Shown here: in pieces, positions 1-14,416 of the stretch
Layout of the letters: each line of letters begins with the position of its first letter
How positions within the stretch are numbered: position 1 is the stretch's first letter
Assembly: GCF_009914755.1 (NCBI RefSeq)
Contig: NC_060930.1
Direction: 5' to 3' (one strand)
From: the human T2T-CHM13v2.0 reference genome, Homo sapiens
Length of the DNA stretch: 64,000 bases
Notes under the pieces: model-generated
Database searches by the model: none
What the model was told of the DNA's origin: nothing
The model's input: only the letters and a program-made list of their open reading frames with translations
Position numbers and translations under genes: made by a program

Positions 1-712
1 GGGTTTTAACAAGATCCCTCTGGCCGCGGGGTGAGGAATAGAGTGAGGGTGTCTAGGAGACCCCATTCACTTCACAAATGTCCCTGCCATTCTTGGAGTG
101 GGCCCATCAAGTCAGCCCTCTCTCCCTACTCCCTGTTACAAGGGACAAAAGGCACATGGAGTGGGGGTGGGGAGGGGACTGGAAATGAGATGAGGCTGGA
201 AAAGGGCGTCATCCTGGGTTGGGGTGGATTTTGGAAGCCAGGGTGGGTTTTGGAGCCGGGACTTGATTCAATGCAGAAGGGAGTCAACAAAGTTTTCTGA
301 GCAGGGAAATCACCTCACTGAAGCCACGCTCACCTTAGTCAGAAGCCACGGGAAGGAAGCTTGCTGTGGATGAGGCCTGGTGCTAGAAGCTGCACTCACG
401 CCTCCAGCCAGCAGACAAGGTCTTAACGGGCACGGACTCCTTCTGCGTCTCCCTGGGACTGGGGCTCCCTGAGAACAGGGCTATGTCTCCTCTCAGACTG
501 GGGCTGCCTGAGGGCAGGAACCATCCCCTCCATCTTCAGTCTGTTCATGCAACAACAGGGATGGGACTTCATGCTTTGCACACCTTACTAGCCTTCAGCG
601 GGGCTTGGATGCTGCAGTTAGAAACATGTCAGGGAAATTGCTCCCGAATTAGAGACAGACAGGCAGACAGGAACAGGCTGGTGTTTCTGGTGTGGGAAGG
701 AGCTGCACCTAC

Positions 713-759
713 CTCCCGCCACTGCTTGTTCTCCATCCCTTGGGTATACATGACGCACA
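713..759 (-). CDS. CPNE5: Copine-5 coding exon 3 ((L)CVMYTQGMENKQWRE), C2A domain
   Basis: Minus strand tcccccgcag|TGTGCGTCATG...TGGCGGGAG|gtaggt; 47 nt, continues the frame of exon 2; typical copine C2A sequence. Confidence 0.95.
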
Positions 760-935
760 CTGCGGGGGGAGGAGAAACAGTGGATTAATACCTCAGGCCA
801 AGAGGAAGGAGGGGTCCCAGATGAAAAGGATCCTGGCTGGGCAGGCGCCTCAGCAGACCCAGCCTGGGTAGCACTGTTGGATCTGGGTAGGGGTAGAGGG
901 TGTCTCCTGGGGTGGCTGAGATCTTGGTGAGTGAG

Positions 936-985
936 TCTGGCCCCCCAAGCCTGGACAGGAATCTGGCCCCCCAAGCCTGGACAGG
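936..985. repeat. Perfect 24-nt direct repeat x2 (period 26)
   Basis: tctggccccccaagcctggacagg at 936-959 and 962-985. Confidence 0.9.
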
Positions 986-1656
986 GTTGTAGATGCACCG
1001 ATTCGGAGGGGTTGCGTTGGAGAAGGGAGACTAGGTGTGCCTGGAAGGGGCAACCTTTAGGAGAAGGGTCGGCACCATTGCCTTCTAGGCTACAGCAAGG
1101 GTCTGAAGTGTGAGGCAGGTAGACGGGTGGGTGTGATGGACGACAAGCAGAGGTGTGGTGGGGGAGAGCATCAGAAATCCGCATTGCTCCTTTACAGCCC
1201 GGAGCAGTTTCATGAGGCCTCTGATTATCATCAGCCCCACTTTACAGATGGGAAAACAGGCTCAGAGGAGGCCAAAGACCCATCCAGGTCACACGCTTGG
1301 GTGGCACTGCTCAAGGCTAGAACCTGGACTCCAAAACCAGTGCTCATCCCACCAGGTCACAGCCAGCTGGAGCTCTTAGGCCTACTGGTTTCTCTGGGAC
1401 CCTGTAGCCCCAGACCTCCAACCCCTCCCAGCCTGCTCTGTTGTGTTGAGGCTTCACAAGCGTGCAGGCTGGGAAGGGTCAAATCTCCGCAATTATCTTT
1501 CTCAGACACTATGGGAGAAACATTAAACAGGCTTGACACACTTTGAACGGCGCCTGGCACATGGTTAGTGCTCAGTAAGGGCTCAAGCATTGCCGCTGTA
1601 ATTAGTCATAGCGTTGCCGCTATTGTTACCGTTCTTATTGTCAGAGCAGGACTTAC

Positions 1657-1697
1657 GTGGGTCGGACTTGGAAAACATGTCTTTGTCCAGGAGGTTC
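1657..1697 (-). CDS. CPNE5: Copine-5 coding exon 2 ((R)NLLDKDMFSKSDP)
   Basis: ctttcag|GAACCTCCTGGACAAAGACATGTTTTCCAAGTCCGACCCAC|gtaagt; 41 nt; contains the copine DxDxFSKSDP Ca2+-binding loop. Confidence 0.95.
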
Positions 1698-3263
1698 CTG
1701 AAAGAGGGGGAGAGAGGAGGGGTTAGCACGGCCAGCTGAGAGGAGGCGACCTCAGGGGATTCAGGCTGTTACCGAGACCCAGAGGCTGCCTCTGGCCTGG
1801 CCTCAGGCAAAACAGTTCCACAATCGTTTATTAGGCTTCATTAAAAGCCAGGCACTGGGCAGGCCCTGGAGGTTCCTCAGCCCACCTGCCTAAGGTGTGC
1901 AGAACTCCCTACCTCCCACCCCTATCATCACCACAAGCACTCCGGGTAGGTGCCCTGGTCTTGGTGCCCTGTGTCGCACAGCCACTCACCATCGGGGGAT
2001 TTCCGAAACTGCCCAATGTCTTAGCCCTTTCTAGAAGCTCTCCTTTAATCACTTCTCTGCTTCTCAAAAAAATAAGATAAAGCAATCAAAACATATCCAC
2101 CTACTCTCCCATTTTCTCAAGGCTCTACTTACAGCCAGTTTATTCGATGGTCTCATCTGTACTGATAGATTAATGAATTACACCTCCCAGGGGAAGCCGA
2201 CTCATTTGGACAAGGTCCTTCTGTGGTCAAGACCAGGGCTAACACATGGCTCTGATAATCAGACTGGACGGCACAGCAGCAAGATGATGGACACAACATT
2301 TGGGGACAGAACGGTCTTTCAACAGGTGCTAAGCTCCCCTTGTCCTGCCTCCATGCAATAAAGGCTCCCATTTACTGAGCCCCGGCGATGGGTCAGGCAG
2401 TGCGCTGTTTTACAAATATGAGCTCCCGATTCTCATGCTGCCCTACAAGGTTGATCCTAGGCAGGTATTGTCCCATCTTACAGATGTGGAAGTGGAGGGG
2501 AGAGGAGGGGAGGATGGGCAGCCTACATCCTGCACATCTGGTATCCCTCGTTTCACAGCGACCTGCTGCCATTGGGAAGCAAGACAGCCCAGTGGAAACG
2601 CAGTCTCTGGCTGGGAAGTCATTCAACCTCTCTGAGCCTGTTTCCTCATCAGTACAATGAGACGGTAGTATCAGTCTTGAAGGCTGTTGATGCCCTGCAT
2701 GGATCCCCTCAGCCCTCACAGTTCCTGTACACATCCATGGTTTCCTCTTGTGTCTGTTTCTCTCCTGCGGGCTTTCTCGGGCAGGCTGTCTGCAAGGGCC
2801 AGAAAGTTTATGCTCCCAAAAGGCCGCACTCAACCAACAGGAAGGGGCTGGAGGACTGACTGCTCAGCTTCTTCACTCACCCTGGAGACAGCTCTGCTCT
2901 ACAGTCTCTCCGAAGTGCCAGAGGGACTGAGCCCCAGGGGCCGCCAGGAGACCTACCCATGAACACATCCCACGCTGACCAGGTCTTCCCTTCCCTGCTT
3001 CCCCTGTAAGCTGCCAGACAAGCCCTTCCTGCCTGTGCGGCTACTCCTGCCAACACTGCCCTCAAGTCTTGGTTCTTTTCCCAACCATCTCAGCCTTGTC
3101 CCGCCTCCCTTCCGGAGGTCCCAAAGGATCTTGTCACCTTCCTTCTCTACTCCCACAACCCCCCACAGGGGCCTCTGCCCCTTGAACTGCTTTTCTGGAG
3201 AAAAGAAACAGTCAACACTGGTCTGTGTTGCTTCCCGAAAGCCAACTTCAAATATCAGAGCTA

Positions 3264-3564
3264 GGCCGGGTGTGGCTGCTCATGCCTGTATTCCCAGCAC
3301 TTTGGGAGGCTGAGGCATGTGGATCACTTGAGGTCGGGAGTTCGAGACCAGCCTGGCCAACATGGTGAAACCCATCTCTACTAAAAATACAAAAATTAGC
3401 CCGGCATGGTGGTATGCGCCTGTAATCCCAACTACTCAGGAGCCTGAGGCAGGAGGATCACTTGAAACAGGGAGGTGGAGGTTGCAGTGAGCTGAGATCG
3501 CACCACTGCACTCCAGCCTTTTTCAAAACAACAGCAGCAGCAACAACAACAAAACAAAACAAAC
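3264..3564 (+). mobile_element. AluS, missing ~25 nt before the tail; (CAA/CAG/CAAAA)n tail
   Basis: Alu dimer; TSD aaat(a/g)tcagagcta at 3250-3263 and 3565-3578. Confidence 0.9.
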
Positions 3565-6500
3565 AAATGTCAGAGCTAGATGAGGCCCTGAGGAGGATCT
3601 GTTCCTCTTTCTCCTCCATGATGGGGACATGAAAGACCAGGGAGAGGCAAAGGGCGACCGTGGCCCACAGCAAGCAGTGGTAGAGACAGAAAAGTCTAGA
3701 AGGAGGCCTTACCCTGAGTCAGTGTCACCAAAGCCCTCGGCAGTGACAGCCTGTCGGGCAACTTGACCCCATAATCAACCCTACCACTCATGCCCCACGC
3801 CCTAAGGTGGGAGCCAAAAATCAATCAACAGATGGACAAACGCAACAGCAGCCTGAGGCCTACACATGGCATCCTCTGGTGCCTGGGGAAGCCCCAGATT
3901 GCATTCATTAATACCCCCAGCTCCAGTCCCTGAGCAGATTCCTAGAGATGCCCCCAAGAGAGGAATTCCCAAATGGCTTCAGGAAACCAGTCCCTGGAGA
4001 ACTCTCACCCCTCCCCAACTCCAGTCTCTACATCCAGGGGCCACTCCCCAAAGGCAGCCACCCCCAACTGGGCCTCCCTGACCCCACAGGCAACCACCTC
4101 TCTCCTGGCCACCACTGGCCCCTCCACCAGACCAGACCTGCTCCCAGTCAGCTGTCATTTCGGAAACCATCTGATAAACCTCCCAGCCCTCCACAGAGAG
4201 CATCAGATGAACGATAAACAAGGCATCTCTGAGAAGTAGGCAGCAGGGGCTGCACGTGAGACACCACTTCTACATACAGTCATTCACACCGAGGCGGGCT
4301 GACTTCCCTGGGCCGACATTCTCATCCTGAAGTGTGCTAAGTTTGGGGGTAGGGGTGTCTATCTTGATTTAAACAAAGGACAAATGCCTTGAGACCAAAG
4401 GTGACTCTACAGTGGTGGAACCTGAGGCACAGTGAGGAGCTGAAAGTGATAAGGAGGAGGGGGACTTCTCTACTAAAGCAAGCGCTTTAGGTTTATCTTT
4501 GAATTCTATAATGAAATTCAGCAATGACATAAAATCCTCGAATGTTCAAGCTGGAGAGGACCTCAGAGGTCACCTTTCCCAACTCCTTTACAAATCAGGA
4601 CTGTGAGACTCGGAAGGACAACGCTTAACTCCTCCAAGGTCTGGGTCTCCTCCAAGTGTGGCTCTAGAACTCGGATCTGGTCATATCCAGGCTAGGGAGA
4701 AAGAGAGTGAGGCCCTGGATATCAGCCTAGATACGTGTGTGTGTTTGCGTGTGTGCATGCGCATATGTTATGGGCGGTGGGAGGGGGAGGTCTTATCCTC
4801 AAAGACAAGTAGATGGGGCTTTCCCTGGTCCTGCCCACTTCCCAGCTGGGCTAGAGGCACACAGCTAGACTAAGAAACAGAATCTAGCCACCTGGCTCCT
4901 TGCCTGGTGACCTCAAGACCCTCACCGAATCCTGGGACAAGGGTCACCCTGGCAACCAGCACCCCAGGATAAAGCAAACCCTCTCTTCCCCACTCTGCTG
5001 AAATTATTCTTGCCATCCTTCCAGACTATTCCTGTCCTTCCTCAGTTTTGCCTTTCCTGGACACTGATGGACAGCTACTTCCTCTCCTCTCCCCTGAGCT
5101 CTCTCTGGCCTGGAGTGTGCAGCCCTCTGACTCGTAGGACCCCATTACATACTCTGTACACGATCGGTTGCAAAATCATGGGTGTATCTGTCTCTCACAC
5201 TGGCTGTGCATGCCTCCATGGCAGAGTTTCCCACCCTGCCACAGGCCAGCCTAGCACCTGAGTCAGAGTAGTGGCCTGGCAAGCTGGATGGATGAAGGAC
5301 GACCAAAAAGAATGGCCAGATGGGTGAGCGAAGCCCGTATCTCCCCACCTGGGTGGCACACGGTCAAGCTCAGGGACGGCCCCTTGCACTTCCTCTCAGC
5401 TGTGGCATGTAGTAGTTAAGTGCATGGGCTCTGCAGTCAGACAAGCTGGGTTTGCTCACCTTGTGCCTCAGTTTCCCCATCTGTAAAGTGGGGGGTGGGG
5501 CACAGTAAAAATAGTTCAGGGCTGCTGTGGAGATTCGATATGTGGAGCACCTGGGACCTCGTCAGCCTTGTCAGACAGGTCAGCTGTCGTTGGCCCGGTG
5601 CTGAGTGGAGCCGTCACTCTCCCGGTGGATGCTCAGGCACACTTGGTGACAAGCGCAGCACAAGCAATCTCCACCCTCACAGGTCCAAGGAAGAAGCCCG
5701 CCCCCAACACACTCCCAGGGCTCCCTGCTGAGTCCCTTCCCCAGCTCAGCCCCTCTTCAGCCTCCGTTCCATTCCCCACTCTCAGCCTTGAGGACCTTCT
5801 GCCTCTCGCCTATGTCCCTGCGCCCTACACCCTCTGATCCCACACCTCGTCCACACTTGCCTCCGTCCATCCCTCTCCCTAACTGCCTGTCCAGACAGAA
5901 CCCTCAGAGCCTGCTAAACCTCCTACCTTGGCTTTGGACGGGTGGCTTCACCCCGTGAACAATGGGCCTCGCACTTCTGGGGCTCACCCCTGCCCCGGGG
6001 TATAAAATGGCAGTTCCTTGGGCTCTGTTCCAAGTCTGGCTGTGTAGGTCTGAAGCAGGGCTCCAGAGGCCATGTTTATCCAAGTGGCCGCCAGAGATCC
6101 CCCTATTATGTCTCTGATGGCAGCCGTCCAAATACCACATGTTGAGACACCGTCTCTTAGGGCCTCAGTTTCCCCCGCTGCAAAGGCACAGACCACAACA
6201 CACACACGTGTAGCACCAGAAGTTTCTTCGAGGTAAAGCGCCTTCCCCACTGATCCTCACCATGATCCACTGAGGACTTCCAGGCCCAGGGGCAATGAGT
6301 CACTTGCCCACAAGCACACAGCCAAAAGCCTGGGGGAGGAAACCGGGTCTTCCGCCCTGACGAAGGGCCCGAGACACCAGGGCACAGACAAGACCAGACC
6401 ACAAGTACTTTTTCTCCACTTTCTTTCTTTGGAGAGCACAAAGAGAAATTTTTTTTAGCAGGAAAAACGTATTTTTTTTTTTTCTAAAAGAGCATACAAC

Positions 6501-6783
6501 CCTTCCGCTGTCTGCACAGCAGCCTGGAGCTTGGCTTCTTTTGTTCCTTAAATCAAGGCCAGGAAGCAGAGCCAAGAGCCCCTTTCCTCCCTGCTTCCCC
6601 TTGCGGAATCATTTCCAATTCAGTGGCAGTGAGAAAATGGTCATTCATTGGGCTGTGAGGTCAGAAGTCTCCAAGGCCCCAGCAAGGACAGAAAACACTG
6701 GAAGGGCAAAATGAGAGCCCTTGGCAGGTGCTAAAGGAGGGGCCACAGGGTAACACCTCCCATCTGGGGGAGCTTAAGAAAGA

Positions 6784-6928
6784 AGCTGGGCACATGTAGT
6801 CTTAGCTACTCGGGACTCCAAGGAGGGAGGATCACTTGAGCTCAGGAGTTCGAGACTAGCCTCAGCAACACAGTGAGATTCCATCTCTAAAACAACAACA
6901 ACAAACCAAAAAAAAAAAAAAAAAAAAA
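6784..6928 (+). mobile_element. FLAM-like Alu monomer
   Basis: Single arm ...ggatcacttgagctcaggagttcgagactagcc... with A-rich tail. Confidence 0.8.
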
Positions 6929-7409
6929 GAAAGGTATGGGTAGAGGCTGGGGTGTACCATCCGAGAGGGAGATACAACCCTGCACTCAGGGAGCCCGGTC
7001 TGACCAGGAGACATAGCCTCTGCCTCAGGGAATCCTCAGCCAGAAAGGCATATTTGCTCTTGAGCTGAGATGCTGGGTGAACTGACCATCACGCATCCCT
7101 GGTTGTCTCTAAACAAAGCCCAGAAGTGCTGCATCAATGCACTGAGCAAAGGCTTTGGCTTCAGCATAGAAAGAAACATTTTCCTGGGGCAGGACCCATA
7201 ATGGAGGTCATGGGCCCCCAATAGGCAAAGTATGGCATATTGGTATATACGGATACCACATATATGGATACATTCTTCTGGAGAGCTTTCATTAGCTACC
7301 CGAAGACATTCATGAGTCTAAAAAGCTCAAGAAAAGGTGGTGTATCTTCTTCCCAACAACTCACCCTAAGCATCCGTCCAACCTTGGGGGTGAAAAGTGG
7401 GGGCATTGA

Positions 7410-7625
7410 GAGCATAGACTTCAAGCTTCATCTCTGAATCCAACACCCAACTCTGTCCCTTACTTGCTATATGACCTCTGGCATGTCATTTAGCTTCTCT
7501 GTGCATCAGTATTCCCATTTGTAAAGAAGGGCTAATAACAGTCCCCCCCTCCCAGGAGTTTTGTGAGATTAAACTCACATAGTAAGTTGCAATGCAGTGC
7601 CTGGCATACAATAAGTGCTCAACAA
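7410..7625 (+). mobile_element. MIR
   Basis: MIR core: tgacctctggcatgtcatttagcttctctgtgcatcagt...gtgcctggcatacaataagtgctcaac. Confidence 0.7.
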
Positions 7626-7721
7626 AGGCCTGTGGAGAATGAAGATGGCACCTAAGAATGCTCCATATTCCCCCCTCTCTTCTCCCTAAAGCTTGGCTTT
7701 AGCAGGACCCAAGCCCTACTA

Positions 7722-8521
<800 letters not shown>

Positions 8522-9215
8522 TCACCCCATTTCTGCATGGAGCAATTTGCATAAACATCTGGCAAATGGAGTGGGAGAGAGATGACACCCAACAAGTATA
8601 TAATCTGTGCCAAGTCCTTTGTCATGTACTTAGCCTGTGACACTCTATTTACCCTCCATATCAACGCCAGAAAGTAGACTTTGCTCCCATTCTATAGGCA
8701 AGGCCACAGAGGCTGAGCGATGTGCCTGATGTCACCGGCTTGTCAAGAGGCATGCAGAAATGTGAACTCTGAACTCTGAAGCTCAAGCTCATTTAAAGGT
8801 GCCCTGGGGAGTGCTTGCACTACCAAAGCCAAGGACTCCCAAAGCCCCATCTGGGCCAGCAATGCTCCGTCTTATCCTCACTGTCCTGCTTCCCATCCTC
8901 AGCCTCTCGGAGCTGCTCCCAAACAAACGACTGAAGAGGAGAATGGGAGGGTTTCCCATGTCCTCCTGCCCAGCTCCCAGACCTAAAAGGCAGAAGTAAT
9001 CCGAGGAAAGCAGGGCGGGAGCTGGGAGGAGAGAAGCCTTGGCACCTAGCCCCTGGCACTTACCCATCTCCCCTTTCAGATCCTGTTCTCACCCGCGTGC
9101 TCTGCTTCCCTGCCAAGCAACCTCACCAAGGTCTAAAAAGCAATTTTCACATGGCTTAAAGAGCTCTCCTTCCTGGGGCAATTTGCATTTTTATTGTTAT
9201 TAATTATTGTAATAA

Positions 9216-10255
<1,040 letters not shown>

Positions 10256-10939
10256 GGCCTCTCAATAGCAAATGAAGATCAATATCAATTATCAAATAAA
10301 TGAATGTGTCAGTAGTGTTCAGTTATTGGTACCTATTACCATGATTAAACTGATTTAGCACATTACAGTTTATATAGAATGTCACAGACTTAATCTCTTT
10401 AGTCTTCAGAACAATGAAGACAGAGGATGTGGACAGGACCAGTATTTTCCACCAGTTTACAAATGGAGAAACTGAGGTTGGAGAACTTAAATAATCTGGC
10501 CAGGATCCCAGAGAAGATAAGCCAGGAGTGGCACTGACTTTCAGTGTCCTGGCCAGGATTCTTCCATACCCAAAGGTATAAAGCTGTCCTGTTGTTACTA
10601 TGAGGTCTGTGTGAGGCCAGCAGAAGAGACCTTAGGGAACCTTGCAATGATTTGAAATCACACTAAGCCTTTTTATTCTTGGCTGGCAAACAGGCAGAAA
10701 GAAAGGCAGTCATGGGTTCAGTCAAGCTGTGCTTGGAGAATCAGTCACCTAACACTGTCCACTGTCCATTGACCGTAGGAAAATCTGAGGAGCAGGCCTC
10801 AGAGATGCAAATTCTAGGCTCTTGGAAAGCCTCCTTACTTTCCAAATGGCCCCATAGATGCCACGTTTGCCCATCCAGCAAACATTGCCCACTCTCTTCC
10901 TGCTGACAGAATCCACATTGTTTAGATCTGATGACGACT

Positions 10940-11350
10940 CCCTGAAATCCGGGAAGATGGCCCCTGTCCCTAGTCTAGGAGTGCACATGAGACCCAGCTT
11001 TGGCCCCTGAAATAGAAAGGAAAGTTTGCTGAGAGACTTTGGAAAGGATTGTACTTTCCCGGTAAAAAGAACTTTTCAGAGAGAGGACTCTGGCCTCATG
11101 CCTAGCTTCCTGTCTTTGGATGCAGTTGTGATGCCTGAAGCAGAGGCAGCCATTTTGTAACAACGAGGCCTACTGCTAAGATGATAGCAAAATACAAAGA
11201 CGACTGGGTCCTTGATGATAAAGTGAGCTGACAAAGTAGCCCTGATATAACCTACCTCCAGATTCATTGTGATCTGAGAAAAATAAATGCATATCAAGTT
11301 TAAGCCACCATCAGTCAGATTTTCTGTTACCTACAGCTGAATCATTCCTA
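10940..11350 (+). mobile_element. MLT1-type MaLR LTR (old subfamily)
   Basis: gcagccattttgtaac motif and 3' end aataaa...tttaagccacc...ttttctgttacctacagctgaa. Confidence 0.65.
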
Positions 11351-11911
11351 CCCAAGCCTGACTCCTCTCTGCCCCAGAGCTTTCCAGCCTAATTCCCCAG
11401 CCTCCTCCCTACCCTTTCTTCCCAAGGGTAGACCATCTCGAGTATCGCCTTGAGTCTAAACAGGGTGAACTGTGAGCTGGGAAAGGAGGGATGGTAAACT
11501 ACTACCGTGCGGTCTGGATGGCATCGAAGGCTGGCTTCCATCCTGTGACTTTTTGTGGTTTCTGCTCCCCAAGGATTCCTCCAGTTCTGGGTTTGCTGCT
11601 CAGAACCACAGGCAGCTGTTAGCAAGGAAGGCCTCTCCCATCCCTGGGGAGAGACTGCCTACCTTTTGGTCACACCTACCATAGTTGGTACTCAGGCCTC
11701 CACCACCATCCTCCTGGAGAACCCAACCTCCAATCTCAAGAAGCCCTCAAGGTCTTAAGTCTGAGGGAATAGGAGTTGGATCCCTCTCTCCAAAGTGTAC
11801 TCACTGTGTAACCTTGGCCAAGTCCCTTCACCTCTCTGAGCCTCAATTTCCTAATCAGCAAAAAGAGAAAATACTACTATCTATCTATCCTAGTTTAAAA
11901 GACGTAGCAAT

Positions 11912-12501
11912 TGTGATTGGCAGAAATATAAGATGGCCTCCAAGATTCCAGTCTCGTGGCACACACGTCTGTATAATCCCCTCCCCTTGAGAGTGGGCGG
12001 GACCTGGGAATATGATAGGTTAGTCACTCATGCGATTGGGTTATGATGTATAACAAAGGCGATCAGATATTCACTCTTGTGATTACAGTTACTTTACATA
12101 AGACTCTGTCATAGCAGATTAGGAGAGATTCTCCTGCTGACCTTGAAGAAATGAGCTGCCATGCTGTGAGGGGGCCATGTGGCAAGGGCCTGGGGGTGGA
12201 CTCTAGGAGCTGAGAGTCACTCTGGTCCAATAACCAGGAAGAAAACAGAACTTTAATCTATCTGCTGCAAGAAATTGAATTCTGCCACCCACCGGTGAGC
12301 TTGGAGGAGGACTCAGAGCCTTGGATAAGACCACAGCCCTGCCAATACCTTGATTCCAGCCTAGTGAGACCCTGAGCAGAAAAGCCACTTTATGTCATGC
12401 CTGGACTTCTAACCTACAGAAACTAGGAAATGAGAAATGGCTGTAGTTCAAAGCCACTAAGTTTGTGGTAATTTGTCACATAGCAATTGAGAACTAATAT
12501 A
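11912..12501 (+). mobile_element. MLT1 MaLR solo LTR (MLT1E/F-like)
   Basis: Starts tgtgattggcagaaat...aagatggcc; ends aagccactaagtttgtggtaatttgtcacatagcaattgagaactaata. Confidence 0.8.
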
Positions 12502-12538
12502 ATAACCTTAGTTTGAAATATATAAAAGTATTATGTGA

Positions 12539-12932
12539 GGCCAGGTGCAGTGGCTCACACCTAATCCCAGCACTTTGAGAGGCACAGGCTGGAGGACTGC
12601 TTCAGACTAGGAGTTTGAGATCAGCCAATCAGCCTGGGCAACCGAGTATGACCTCACCTCTACAAAACAAACGAACAAAAAAAAATCAAAAAAAATTTAA
12701 AAATTAGCTAGATGTGGTGGTGTGTGTGCGCCTGTAGTCCTGGCAACTCAGGAGGCTAAGGCAGGAGGATCGCTTGAGCCCAGGAGTTGGAGGCTGCATT
12801 GAGCTGTGACTCTACCACTGCATTCCAGCTTGGGCAACAGAGACTGTATCTCAAAAAAAAAAAAAAAAAAAAAAAAGGAAGGAAGGGAGGGAGGGAGGGA
12901 GGGAGGGAGGAAGGAAGGAAAGAAAAAAAAAA
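12539..12932 (+). mobile_element. AluJ with poly(A) plus (GGAA/GGAG)n tail
   Basis: Alu dimer 12539-12876, purine microsatellite to ~12932. Confidence 0.88.
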
Positions 12933-12971
12933 CAAGTTGTGTTATTTATTTGAATAGGTTAAAAACAGATG

Positions 12972-13268
12972 GGCTGGGTGCGGTAGCTCATGCCTGCAAT
13001 CCCGGCAATTTGGAAGGCCGAGGCAGGCCGATCACCTGAGGTCAGCAGTTCAAGACCAGCCTGACCAACATGGTGAAACCCCGTCTCCAGTAAAAATACA
13101 AAACTCAGCCGGGCGTGATGGTGCATGCCTGTAATCTCAGCTACTCAAGAGGCTGAGGCAGGAGAATCGCTTGAACCCAGTAGGCAGAGGTTGCAGTGAG
13201 CCGAGATTGGGCCACTGTACTCTACCCTGGATGACAGAACGAGACTCCATCTCAAAAAAAAAAAAAAA
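12972..13268 (+). mobile_element. AluS
   Basis: Full dimer with A tail, followed by gttgagtgtagaaattgcatac. Confidence 0.9.
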
Positions 13269-14107
13269 GTTGAGTGTAGAAATTGCATACGGTTCAGCCT
13301 AATATGATGTAAAGTGCCTAGCATGCAGTAGGCACTCAGTAAATGCCACTGTTATTATTCCCCTAGCTCCACTGACCTGAGTACCTTAGTGTATTCAATG
13401 GTTAAATGGACTTCTTTTCCTAGCACTGGCTTTGACAGCTGCCGCCCTCCCCCAGGCTCCTCCCTCCCCCAAACCACCCTCTCCCTGCCTGTCAGAAGAA
13501 AGCGCTCAGAGCTGTTCACACCCCTTCTGAGAGACCCAGGGCACAGCTCCTGAGCCGGGCTGCCTCTCTGGCTCCAGGGCAACAAAACGCCAACCCGAAC
13601 AGACAGCAGAAAACAATATCTCTGGGGCAGAACAACAGCTGCCCACCAGCCCCATACCAGCTGGTGGGGAGAGGGAAGCCAGCAGGGCTAAGCAATGGGC
13701 TGCTTCCAGACTCGCCCCGCCGCGTCTTCCCTGGGTCTTGGGAACCCACCATGTGGAACTGTGCATTGCTTCTCCAGCAGGACCCTGCGCAAGTGCAAAG
13801 GTTTCTTGTTATGTAAAAAATGCAAATCATTCTTTCTAACCAACATGCTGGGCCAGATCCCTGCGTGGAGACCTGAAAAATAGTGGCGCCTTTGGAGAAT
13901 GGAACGTCAGACAGGTAAGTTTTGATTGGCTCGGCAGGATGGCTCACACAGTCAGGAAGGGTCTAGAACAGGCCATCAGAGGAAGGAAGAGCTCTTGGCT
14001 CGAGGGAGGAGGGTCTTTAAAGTCACATTTTTTATGATGTCTACTGGTATCTAGTTCCACAAACCATCTGCCCTACTCACTTCCAAAACAACCCTTAAGA
14101 ATCTCTA

Positions 14108-14416
<309 letters not shown>

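Noticed and set aside
430-530. Repeated gactggggctccctgag units resembling a spacer array
   Set aside because: Only 2-3 degenerate units of a common L2-related motif; not CRISPR-like, and the DNA is human
6001-6012. TATAAAATGG as a plus-strand promoter
   Set aside because: An isolated motif is expected by chance; no other support visible
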